From Parcubacteria group bacterium GW2011_GWF1_45_5 (GTDB lineage: Bacteria > Patescibacteriota > Minisyncoccia > UBA6257 > Brennerbacteraceae): a stretch of DNA of 36,435 nt. The position numbers were made by a program, and so were the translations under genes. The notes under the pieces were generated by a model. The model saw only the letters and a list, made by a program, of their open reading frames with translations, made no database searches and was not told where the DNA came from. The stretch spans positions 1-36,435 of the forward strand of contig LCLB01000004.1 in the NCBI GenBank assembly GCA_001001795.1. Reading direction: 5' to 3'. Shown here in pieces: positions 17,538 to 26,707 of this stretch. Each line of letters starts with the position of its first letter. Position 1 is the stretch's first letter.

Positions 17538-17671
17538 ATATTCACAAACAACTGTTTTCTGTACTGTGCTATAATTATACACTTTGCGCGAACCTTTTTT
17601 GAACGAAACTGACGCTCAAAATGGGTTCGCGCATTTTCAAACAAAGGGCACCACGATTCTTAAAATAATTG

Positions 17672-18949
17672 CTATTCACCGCGAATAAGACGATTCCGCT
17701 CGTCTGCCCCTTTGTCGAACTCGACCTGCTCTTCCGCCATAAGATCGGTATATTGTTGGTAGAGGGTGCTCGACAAATCATCGAGAAAGCCGTACTCGTC
17801 CATTGAAATCTTTTTGTCGTAATAAGACATTTTTCTTTCCGAAATCGCGGTAGTGACTTTACGAAAGGCTTCGGAATAGCACGAAGAAAATGCGATAAAA
17901 GCATCGGCTTCACATTTCCCTTGTTCGTAAATCTTCAACCCATTCTCGTACATATCGTTGAACTTCCGGTCAAGCTCTTCATAGGAATTCGCGGCCGCAT
18001 AGGTACCGCCTCCAGAGTTCGCAATCTGCTGCAATGACGCAAGCTCGGAAAACGAAGCCCCGAAAGCGATAATGTTTACCTTTACCCCGGAAGATTTCAG
18101 GGCGCCGGCGGCACCCACTGGATTGCTGTTGCAACTCTCCGCACCGTCGGAAACAAGAATAATTTCGTTGTTATCCCCTGATTTCCCGCTGAATTGACTC
18201 AACGCCTGCTGCAGGGAATAGCCGATAGGAGTCCACCCGACCGGCTTGATACCGACAAGCTGACTGTCGATATTTGAAGTACTTACGTTGCCGATGGGGG
18301 CAACAAGGAGCGCGCTCGAACAACTCACCGCTTTGTCTTTTTCGGCGTTCGAACCCCCTTGGCCGTACACCATGAGTCCGATTTTTGTAGTAGCCGCCGA
18401 CTGACTCACGTAGTTCTTGATCGCCGTTTTTGCCGCATCCATTTTTGTCATGGTGCCGACTTTGCCGGCCATACTTCCCGATCCGTCAAGAATAACCAAA
18501 ACGTTGTGGGTCTTTTGCGTATTCTGCAACTGAGCATCGGCACAGTTGTTTTTCTTACACCGTGTATATTCGGAAACATCGGGGTCCAGGCCGGCTGCCT
18601 GCTCTGTTACATCCGGATAACCGTCTTTGTCAGAATCGGTTTTATAATTTTTCCCGCCCCCCGATACGACACCGGGTTGCTCGTTTGTCTTTCCGGACCC
18701 GGGGCCTTTTTTATTGAAGAGAATAAATCCTCCGACCCCCAACACCACCACTGCGACACCGACAATGGCAATCAGTTTCCAGTTCTGTTTACTACCGGAC
18801 ATTTGCGGCACGGGAGCATACTGTGGGGTGCCGGAGGGCTGCACCGCAGGCTGATTTTGCGCAGGAGCGTTTGCCGGAGCTTGATATTGATCCGGCGACG
18901 ATTGAGGCGGCTGGGGTATTTGTTGATCCATGAAAAAATAATGACTCAA
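17672..18949 (-). CDS. membrane-anchored von Willebrand factor A (VWA) domain protein
   Basis: Pro/Gln-rich N-terminus, TM segment (LIAIVGVAVVVLGVGGFILF), MIDAS motif VLVILDGSGSM, and a C-terminal helical region. Confidence 0.85.
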   Translation of the reverse strand: MSHYFFMDQQIPQPPQSSPDQYQAPANAPAQNQPAVQPSGTPQYAPVPQMSGSKQNWKLIAIVGVAVVVLGVGGFILFNKKGPGSGKTNEQPGVVSGGGKNYKTDSDKDGYPDVTEQAAGLDPDVSEYTRCKKNNCADAQLQNTQKTHNVLVILDGSGSMAGKVGTMTKMDAAKTAIKNYVSQSAATTKIGLMVYGQGGSNAEKDKAVSCSSALLVAPIGNVSTSNIDSQLVGIKPVGWTPIGYSLQQALSQFSGKSGDNNEIILVSDGAESCNSNPVGAAGALKSSGVKVNIIAFGASFSELASLQQIANSGGGTYAAANSYEELDRKFNDMYENGLKIYEQGKCEADAFIAFSSCYSEAFRKVTTAISERKMSYYDKKISMDEYGFLDDLSSTLYQQYTDLMAEEQVEFDKGADERNRLIRGE

Positions 18950-18979
18950 TTAATTGAACACAGTATACAACAAAAAAAT

Positions 18980-19053
18980 TGGTCGGGCTGCCGGGAATCG
19001 AACCCGGTCCACACGCACCCGAAGCGTGCGTACTACCGGTATACTACAGCCCG
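18980..19053 (-). tRNA. tRNA-Pro (anticodon CGG), CCA encoded
   Basis: Minus-strand reading: acceptor CGGGCTG/CAGCCCG, anticodon arm CACGC-TTCGGGT-GCGTG, T arm CCGGG-TTCGATT-CCCGG, then ACCA. Confidence 0.9.
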
Positions 19054-19097
19054 TCTTTTTTGTTTTATCCACCAAGGTAAAGATTACATATTTCTAT

Positions 19098-19154
19098 TAC
19101 ACTACAGCTCGGCATAAAGAACCAACACTGGACGACCGGTGTACTACGCCCCGC
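19098..19154 (-). repeat. two degenerate partial copies of the tRNA-Pro 5' region, located upstream of that tRNA
   Basis: 19098-19112 matches the first 14 nt of the tRNA at 12/14. 19131-19154 matches the acceptor plus D-arm at 19/24. No matching 3' halves were found. Confidence 0.45.
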
Positions 19155-19174
19155 ACAGTGCAGCTTCTATTCTA

Positions 19175-20959
<1,785 letters not shown>

Positions 20960-21786
20960 CCAAAGTTATTATTATTATACTATGGATTACCATCTGTATG
21001 AGCGAAAAATCTTTTTGTGCCGGATTAATCACTACGATACGCTCATTGCCAGCGTTATCTACGGCTTTGATAAATATAAAACTCGAACGTCCCTGATCCG
21101 AAAGGATATAGGGACTTTCCGTAATGTTCCACCCATACGCGGCCGGTGAACGGTCACGCGATTCAAAAACCTCATAATGGTTTATCCCGCTGTCTTTGTC
21201 TTTTGTTTCAAAAATAATGACCCATTTCCCTTCCCAAGCATCCGGACTTTGAGTAACGAAGGGTTTGAACAACTCCGGCGGCACCATGTCCCTGGTAATA
21301 TCTGGTTGGCTGCTTGGAAAAATCTCGGGGACAAATTCTGCACGCACTGGCATACCGTCAACAGAAATCTCGGTTCCCAAACCATCGTTTGCCAGTAACC
21401 GTACGGAAGCAAGCTCAACACTCCATTGCTTCTGTTGGTTGATGGCACATGTCACGGCCAGAACCAATCCTTTCCCTCCGCTATAACCGCCCGGAGCTAT
21501 ACCGGAAAAAGTTATTTGATTATCGCGCAGCGCCGGCGGCTCGATCCACACCGTGAACACCGAATCGTCACGGGCTATGGACTGGATGGCACAGGATTCG
21601 AGAGAAACCTGCAGGCTGCCGCTGATCGCATTCGCCTCTTTGTCTCCGGTATTTAAGAATAAAGATGCCGTGAAGAACTCCGATCGCGCCACCCCGGTTG
21701 TCTTAGTTTCAAAAAAGAATGAAGCGGCGTAAGCAAAACGAGAAAATAGAAGACAGAAAATAGAAAACAAAAAAAGACAAAATAAT

Positions 21787-22104
21787 TTACGTTTCATATA
21801 GTTTACCCGGTCCCCGGGTAGTGAAAGTTCGGCTTGCATTTCGACCTTTGACATATAAATATTCTTTAAGCATTCGTTGTAACAATCTACAACCCTGATT
21901 AGTTTTCAGATACCGTTCTCTCCTCATAGCATCCGCTTCATTCAAAAACGATTCGTAATGGATGAGTTTCCATGGCATGTATCTCTTAGTCGAAATGCTT
22001 ACCCCTTGATTATGTTCTTTTACTCTCTTGGGCAAATCGGCCGTATACCCAATATATAACTCTTTGGCGTATTCACTCTGCAACACATATACGTAATAGA
22101 ACAT
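21787..22104 (-). CDS. GIY-YIG nuclease superfamily protein (YhbQ/URI-like)
   Basis: The start at the internal Met gives MFYYVYVLQSEYAKELYIGYTADLPKRVKEHN...WKLIHYESF...AMRRERYLK. The longer track ORF (to 22185) would overlap the upstream gene. Confidence 0.85.
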   Translation of the reverse strand: MFYYVYVLQSEYAKELYIGYTADLPKRVKEHNQGVSISTKRYMPWKLIHYESFLNEADAMRRERYLKTNQGCRLLQRMLKEYLYVKGRNASRTFTTRGPGKLYET

Positions 22105-22123
22105 AATCGCTGCCGAACTTCTA

Positions 22124-23116
22124 CTACCCGGTCCAGTAGTACGCCATAATGGAAAAATCAATAAGGTCGACCTTGCTGTCGCCATTGATATCCACCTTCA
22201 CGGACGGGCCCGGTCGGCGGTACCAATACGCCACAATGGAAAAATCAACCAGGTTTACCCGACAATCGTTGTTGACGTCCCCCCGCGTACCGCATCCGTT
22301 TTCAGGTTTTGCCAAAACGGTTTTGGTCCCCACCACGAACCCGGCTGATTTGGAAAAAGGGCTCGCCTCGTTCTCTTTGTATGCTTGCGATCGCGCGCTG
22401 TGCTGGCCTAAGGAAAGATTCAATGTATCGAAGTAATGAAGGTATGCGCCACCGGTATCCGCTTTCACCTTCCCGAACAACTCTTCGTCGGACCCCACGA
22501 TAATGGTAACTTCGGATTCCGGAACCGTTTTCCCGAGTACTCCGATTTTTTCACCCTTACGCACTTCGATTTTATCGGTGCTGATAAGGGGCGCTAAAAA
22601 AATATTACTGATATCAACCAACACCCCTTGGGTTACCACTACGGGAAACGAAAATAAGCTTGATCGGTTATGGTAAATGTCCTCCGAGTACAGTGAAAAT
22701 ATGTAACTGCCCCCGGTCACTCCGGAAAGGGCAATACGGAAATTCGCATTGCTGTCGGCAATGGTCGAAGCTACCACCTGGGCGTCCTTGAGCAATGTTA
22801 CCGTGCTCCTGGGAAACGCTTTCCCGCTCAAGACCACCTGTGACTGCGCAGGCGTTCCGCCACCACCACTACCTCCTCCGCCACCACTAGGCGGAGTCGG
22901 CGTCGGCGACAATGACGGCGACGGGGACGGCGCCTCGCATGGTTCAGGGGAAATGGTGGGGCACGGCGACTCCGTGCAAAGAGAAAGTACCCGAATGCAC
23001 ACCTGTTGACTTGCCGCCTGCCCGCTACCCGCAAGCGCTAAAAACAATATAACCCCCAGTGCAATGGGGGTTATAGAGCTTCCATATGTCAAAGATGTCC
23101 CTCTCTTCTCATTCAT
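22124..23116 (-). CDS. secreted protein with a C-terminal dockerin-type duplicated Ca-binding repeat
   Basis: Signal peptide, Pro/Ser and Gly-rich linkers, and a beta-rich middle. The C-terminus has GDVNNDCRVNLVDFSIVAYW and VDINGDSKVDLIDFSIMAYYW, both fitting DxNxDxxVNxxD. Confidence 0.8.
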   Translation of the reverse strand: MNEKRGTSLTYGSSITPIALGVILFLALAGSGQAASQQVCIRVLSLCTESPCPTISPEPCEAPSPSPSLSPTPTPPSGGGGGSGGGGTPAQSQVVLSGKAFPRSTVTLLKDAQVVASTIADSNANFRIALSGVTGGSYIFSLYSEDIYHNRSSLFSFPVVVTQGVLVDISNIFLAPLISTDKIEVRKGEKIGVLGKTVPESEVTIIVGSDEELFGKVKADTGGAYLHYFDTLNLSLGQHSARSQAYKENEASPFSKSAGFVVGTKTVLAKPENGCGTRGDVNNDCRVNLVDFSIVAYWYRRPGPSVKVDINGDSKVDLIDFSIMAYYWTG

Positions 23117-23125
23117 GGTAACAAA

Positions 23126-24085
23126 TTATGCTTTTTTGTTTTGCGTTTCCGATTTTTGATTTGTGGAGTTATCGCTTACCCGGACAATTTTGAAATTTCT
23201 GAAACCGATGCGCATGCCCAGCCAAATCACGAGCAATATGCCGATTCCGATGCTCACCTCCTGCCAGGGGAATACCCATACCACCACTTCTTCAACCGGC
23301 AACTCTCCCAAACCGGGAATGCTGGCAAAAACAGTGGCGCGTACGGGACCCACGAAATACTTACCTGCCCAGGACGATTTGAATGTCCGGTCAAACCCGG
23401 GGAATACCACCCGCGGCTCCCAGGTACCTTCGTACGTACGCCATAAATTTTTAAAAACGATTTTACCCTCCGGGCTGAAATAAGAGTTTCCGGTGTTCTT
23501 GACCTTAAAGGCCACATCAATCGGTCCGTGGCTCTGGAATTTATTGGCTTCAACGGATACAACCGATCCCGATTTTTGCACTTCGCCGCTCACCTCAACC
23601 AAGATAACGGTGCCGACACGTCCGCCGATGCCGACGCCGGTCCGGTTGCCGTCTATGGTATCCGAGGATATCCCGCGGAACAAAAGTGCCGCGTAATGTC
23701 CGCCGGGAGGCGCATTACTGGGAACACTGATAGAAACGTAAAATTCTTTTTTCTCGTTCGGATTTAGAGTATCGCTCATGCGATCAACTGAAATCCAGGA
23801 GGCGAGCCCGATTTGATTTGTTTCTTCTCCCATGAGCTCAATGGAGCCTTCGGCTCCGCCGCTCAAATTTTCTTTTTCCACCTTCACCCCCAAGCGATCG
23901 CTATTGGGATTCACCACAGTCACAGTTCCTTCCCATGTTTTCCCTGGATCAATCTGAACACGGAATGAGGTCGGGTACAGGGTAATGGAAATTTGCGCAA
24001 AGGCGTAGTTGACGCCTACCAGACAACCAAGGATAAAAACGCTTGCAAGAAAAAAGCTTTTGCGCATATTCATAGTAAATAGCAA
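23126..24085 (-). CDS. DUF916/DUF3324-like (WxL-interacting-protein-like) two-domain surface protein with a C-terminal TM anchor
   Basis: Signal peptide (likely start MRKSFF at 24067). Two Ig-like modules: PGKTWEGTVTVVNPNSD...WISV...LNPNEKKEFYVSISVPSNAPPGGHYAALLF, then VAFKVKNTGNSYFSPEGKI. TM segment VSIGIGILLVIWLGMRIGF. The family call is by pattern memory only. Confidence 0.55.
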   Translation of the reverse strand: MLFTMNMRKSFFLASVFILGCLVGVNYAFAQISITLYPTSFRVQIDPGKTWEGTVTVVNPNSDRLGVKVEKENLSGGAEGSIELMGEETNQIGLASWISVDRMSDTLNPNEKKEFYVSISVPSNAPPGGHYAALLFRGISSDTIDGNRTGVGIGGRVGTVILVEVSGEVQKSGSVVSVEANKFQSHGPIDVAFKVKNTGNSYFSPEGKIVFKNLWRTYEGTWEPRVVFPGFDRTFKSSWAGKYFVGPVRATVFASIPGLGELPVEEVVVWVFPWQEVSIGIGILLVIWLGMRIGFRNFKIVRVSDNSTNQKSETQNKKA

Positions 24086-24104
24086 CTAGATATCTGCACG
24101 TCGC

Positions 24105-24731
24105 TTACGGGTTGACCAACGCGGTCATAGTAAGGGTTCCGTCATAGGCGCCGCTCTTCTGGGTTGCCGGGGCGTCTACCCTTAACTTGTACTCAACTTT
24201 TTGCGCAGTTCCCGCATAGTCGGCTCGGGTCGCGATGGTCTGGCTTGCTGTCGGCATACCCGCATACTTCGCGGTTCCGTCGGTATCGTTGGCACCCCAC
24301 CAGGTCGTACTATACATAGCTGCGGTTGTTTCTGTATTTTGAACGTGAAACGAAAACTTCGCTGCCACATCCGCCAAGGTGCTCGTGGCATTGCCGGCAT
24401 TGCCGTTTGCGGTCGGGTCCCAAGCAGTGAAATCGGGAATCCCGGTATCACGATCGGTAGTCAGGGTAACGGTCGAAGTAGCACTATCGCGCTTGATTTT
24501 CAGGTTCCATCCAGTCAATGAGTTAGTGGAAACCGTTGCCGTCGAAGTTGCGGAAACTGCCGCACCCGGGGTCAATGCTCCCAGGGTTGAAGTTGCAACT
24601 GACAAGGTAAGGGTCTGCTGCACGGTAACCGTCACGACCTGTGGATCGTCTTCGGCAATCGCTATTTGAATCGGTGATATGCCAGCCATCAGGGCGACAA
24701 GAAGCAATCCGCTTATGAATCTCTTGAACAT
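24105..24731 (-). CDS. small secreted WxL-like domain protein
   Basis: Signal peptide ending IAIA, a TLTLSV...TGWNLKIK proximal motif, and a C-terminal GAYDGTLTMTALVNP resembling the distal WxL motif. It is a paralog of the C-terminus of the next gene. Confidence 0.55.
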   Translation of the reverse strand: MFKRFISGLLLVALMAGISPIQIAIAEDDPQVVTVTVQQTLTLSVATSTLGALTPGAAVSATSTATVSTNSLTGWNLKIKRDSATSTVTLTTDRDTGIPDFTAWDPTANGNAGNATSTLADVAAKFSFHVQNTETTAAMYSTTWWGANDTDGTAKYAGMPTASQTIATRADYAGTAQKVEYKLRVDAPATQKSGAYDGTLTMTALVNP

Positions 24732-24774
24732 AAAGTGTATTATTTTATTTATTTTAAATTAATACGAATACTCT

Positions 24775-24804
24775 ATTATACTGGTGCATTTATGAAAATG
24801 TCAA
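24775..24804 (-). promoter_or_regulatory. near-consensus sigma70-type promoter driving the small WxL-like gene
   Basis: Minus-strand reading: TTGACA (24804-24799), 18-nt spacer, TATAAT (24780-24775). It sits in the AT-rich 85-nt gap upstream of the ATG at 24731. Confidence 0.55.
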
Positions 24805-24816
24805 ATGGATTCATTG

Positions 24817-26685
24817 CTATGGATTCACCAGCGCGGTGAAGGTAAGATTTCCGTCGTAGGCACCGTTCTTCTGCGTCAAGGAAGAGTCAATGCGGTACTT
24901 TATAGCAGTGAAGGTTATCCCCGAGGTACAGGCAGAGCAATCCATGATCTTTTGACTCGCGGTGGGAAACCCCGCGTATTTTGCGGTTCCGTCGATGTCA
25001 TTACTACCCCACCAAGTCGTGCTGTAATTCGAGGTGGTCGAGGCATTTTGGATCCTGAACGCGAACTTGCCGGTGATATCGGCAATTGTGCTCGTGGCAT
25101 TGCCGGCATTGCCGTTTGCGGTCGGATCCCAGGCCGTGAAATCTGGAAAACTTGTATTACGCTCGGTAGTCATGGTCACGGTCGAGGTGGCGCTGTCGCG
25201 CTTAACACTCAAATAATAACCATTACTGGCACCGGTAACATCAACCGAGGTGGTTGCCGAAACAATATTCGGCACTCCGGGCGCCAAATCGCCAAAAAAA
25301 ACTGTAGTCGTGGACAACGATAAACTAATAGATGCTGCCGCAGATGTTTTAATCTCTGGATAAACATTATAGGCGGTTAACGGAACGTTCCCGGAAGTAA
25401 CAACTCGGAAACAATAAAACGCATCAGTATCTGCGCCGTTATCTTTTAAGGAAAAATCCCATTTACCGTCGTATCCAGAAGGAATTCTAGCCACTGAATT
25501 AGTAAAATTATTGGCTTCCTCATAGGATTGATTAACAATAGTATCCCCGTTATGAGTGGGGTCGGTTGTAGTCGCGGTTAATGCCTGATTATCGCCAGGA
25601 GTGATGTTGTTATTATAAGCGATGATAGTTGCACCATTAATATCAGTATAGATTGATGGCGTACCTCCAGATGGAGAGTCACATGTACCGGTCCCTTTGC
25701 CCACGAATTGAAGCTTGAAGTTTTCTCCGTTTAAAGACAAAAGGTCTAACCCGATATGAAGCAGCATGCGCAGGCGGAATGCCTGGGCAGCAAAGACAAG
25801 ACTGGTGGTAGCGTCTTGGACGGCAGTCATTATTGCTCCGACCTGGGTCGAATCGTCATTTTCGAAAAAACGATATGCTGATTGGGCGTATGTCGGATCC
25901 CGCGGCTTTAAAGCGATGGTCATCATGCCTTTGGTGGTTGCTCCGGTATAAGTCAGGGTTGTCGCTCCGTACCCCCCTGCTGACGATTTCTGGCCGTCAA
26001 AAACCGTTACCCCGCCGTCATTGCCCAGGGAAGTTTCGGCGTTAGCGCGCGCCGAAGAAATACTTGCCAAGCTTGAATTGACGGCACCAGTAATAGGAGT
26101 ATCTGCGTCATCATCGCCTGCACCGACAATCACTATTAAACGGTTGGCCCCTGTTGTTGTCGCGCCAGGGATACTGCCAGAAGTATCAGATACCGTATCA
26201 ATACCACCACTAGTAACATCCCAGGGATTCCCGTTGGTGGTCACTCCGGAATAGCCACAAATCACACCAACCTGGTGATCACCCGAATCAGAGGTGGTCG
26301 GGTCACCCTGGGTACCGTTATACCTGGACCAAAAAACAGTAAGTCGAGTTGTCCCTGCCGCGGACTGGGGCGAGTTAAGCACCTCCGTCCAGGTACCGCC
26401 ATTGGAGCCGGCGATAGTAATCACTTGATCGGCAGTCTCTAAAAACAACAGGAAAATATCGTCGACGGACTTGGTGGCGGGTAGAGCTGGACTAATCGCA
26501 CCGGCCGCTCCAGTACCAGACCCACACTGGACAAACGAAGGCATTGCCAGCACGGCTTCTGCCTCTTGAACTTTCGGGGGGGTACGCGGATTAAGCCAGA
26601 TTGGAAAGCTGTTGGTAAACAACCAAACGACAATAAACAGAAATATGGATAAAAAAAATATTGTTTTTCTCATAAAAAACCGCAT
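24817..26685 (-). CDS. large secreted protein with a C-terminal WxL-like module
   Basis: The probable start is Met24 (26685) or Met28 (26673), giving an N-terminal TM/signal segment (TIFFLSIFLFIVVWLF). The C-terminal ~190 aa are paralogous to 24105..24731 (FTAWDPTANGNAGNATST, TTWWG, GAYDGNLTFTALVNP). The middle has an AYRFFENDDS...FRLRMLL module of unknown family. Confidence 0.7.
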   Translation of the reverse strand: MRFFMRKTIFFLSIFLFIVVWLFTNSFPIWLNPRTPPKVQEAEAVLAMPSFVQCGSGTGAAGAISPALPATKSVDDIFLLFLETADQVITIAGSNGGTWTEVLNSPQSAAGTTRLTVFWSRYNGTQGDPTTSDSGDHQVGVICGYSGVTTNGNPWDVTSGGIDTVSDTSGSIPGATTTGANRLIVIVGAGDDDADTPITGAVNSSLASISSARANAETSLGNDGGVTVFDGQKSSAGGYGATTLTYTGATTKGMMTIALKPRDPTYAQSAYRFFENDDSTQVGAIMTAVQDATTSLVFAAQAFRLRMLLHIGLDLLSLNGENFKLQFVGKGTGTCDSPSGGTPSIYTDINGATIIAYNNNITPGDNQALTATTTDPTHNGDTIVNQSYEEANNFTNSVARIPSGYDGKWDFSLKDNGADTDAFYCFRVVTSGNVPLTAYNVYPEIKTSAAASISLSLSTTTVFFGDLAPGVPNIVSATTSVDVTGASNGYYLSVKRDSATSTVTMTTERNTSFPDFTAWDPTANGNAGNATSTIADITGKFAFRIQNASTTSNYSTTWWGSNDIDGTAKYAGFPTASQKIMDCSACTSGITFTAIKYRIDSSLTQKNGAYDGNLTFTALVNP

Positions 26686-26707
26686 GTAATAATCCACTGG
26701 TTTAAGA

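Noticed and set aside
17586-17632. Long-loop inverted repeat GCGCGAACC...GGTTCGCGC downstream of the VWA gene
   Set aside because: It is a 9-bp stem with a ~29-nt loop and no convincing T-tract on the minus strand. It is too weak to call as a terminator or an ncRNA without folding and conservation data.
18359-19117. 252-aa plus-strand ORF
   Set aside because: It is antisense to the VWA gene and runs through tRNA-Pro. Its composition is Arg/His/Cys-rich and not protein-like.
21721-21790. A second signal-peptide repeat (AGAAAATAGAAGACAGAAAATAGAAAACA) in the other cohesin-like gene
   Set aside because: It is only an imperfect, interrupted purine-rich similarity that encodes a Phe/Leu/Ser-rich signal peptide. 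It has no perfect tandem units, so slippage is unlikely.
22105-22185. N-terminal extension of the GIY-YIG ORF
   Set aside because: It would overlap the dockerin gene's 3' end by 62 nt. The GIY-YIG domain canonically begins within a few residues of the start (MFYYVYVLQ).
24105-25400. Diversity-generating retroelement (template/variable repeat) explanation for the paralogous WxL-like segments
   Set aside because: No reverse transcriptase gene is present in the window. The mismatches I could read (G/A, A/G, A/C, G/T) are not restricted to adenine positions of one copy. Both copies are also in-frame parts of full-length domains.
25294-26658. Homopolymer tracts in the 620-aa surface protein gene (A8 at 25294-25301, G7 at 26576-26582, A8 at 26651-26658) as phase-variation sites
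   Set aside because: Tracts of 7-8 nt are at the low end for efficient slippage and similar runs occur elsewhere in the window. They are worth checking in reads, but the evidence is weaker than for the heptamer repeat.
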